1,493 nucleotides of DNA, from NCBI RefSeq assembly GCF_003334765.1, contig NZ_QOWT01000078.1; one strand, 5' to 3'. Every line of letters starts with the position of its first letter. Within the stretch, counting starts at the first letter, position 1. Origin of the DNA: Escherichia coli. Lineage in GTDB: Bacteria > Pseudomonadota > Gammaproteobacteria > Enterobacterales > Enterobacteriaceae. A program made the position numbers and the translations under genes. The notes beneath the pieces were generated by a model. The model was not told the origin of the DNA and made no database searches. It worked only from the letters and a program-made list of their open reading frames with translations. Below are positions 1 to 1,493 of this stretch, piece by piece.

Positions 1-1449
<1,449 letters not shown>

Positions 1450-1493
1450 CCTTAAAGAAGCGTTCTTTGCAGTGCTCACACAGATTGTCTGAT
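1450..1493 (+). other. 5' end of the 16S-23S internal transcribed spacer (ITS1), truncated by the window edge
   Basis: The sequence immediately after the mature 16S 3' end, CCTTAAAGAAGCGTTCTTTGCAGTGCTCACACAGATTGTCTGAT, matches my recollection of the start of enterobacterial rrn spacers. No spacer tRNA is reached within the window. Confidence 0.8.
1472..1493 (+). promoter_or_regulatory. Probable 3' strand of the pre-16S RNase III processing stem (pairs with a leader segment upstream of 16S that is not in this window)
   Basis: Inference: GTGCTCACACAGATTGTCTGAT is (near-)complementary to the leader segment ...ATCAGACAATCTGTGTG(G/A)GCAC... that I recall from E. coli rrn leaders. In E. coli the leader and spacer flank 16S in a long stem cleaved by RNase III. 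The partner strand is not in the window, so the pairing cannot be verified here. Confidence 0.55.

Overview
The whole window is a ribosomal RNA operon segment, not a protein-coding or accessory region. Positions 1-1449 (+ strand) are a 16S rRNA gene of Escherichia/Shigella type (Enterobacteriaceae), truncated at the 5' end by the window edge: window position 1 corresponds to about E. coli position 94, and the mature 3' end ...GGATCACCTCCTTA falls at 1449 (E. coli 1542). Positions 1450-1493 are the start of the 16S-23S internal transcribed spacer. All universal conserved 16S landmarks sit at the expected offset of +93 with no indels. The three ORFs in the six-frame track lie entirely inside the rRNA, two of them antisense, and are translation artefacts. 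I find no evidence of a novel or undescribed system here; this is one of the most conserved and best-characterised loci in bacteria. All identifications rest on my recall of the E. coli 16S sequence and numbering, not on a database search.
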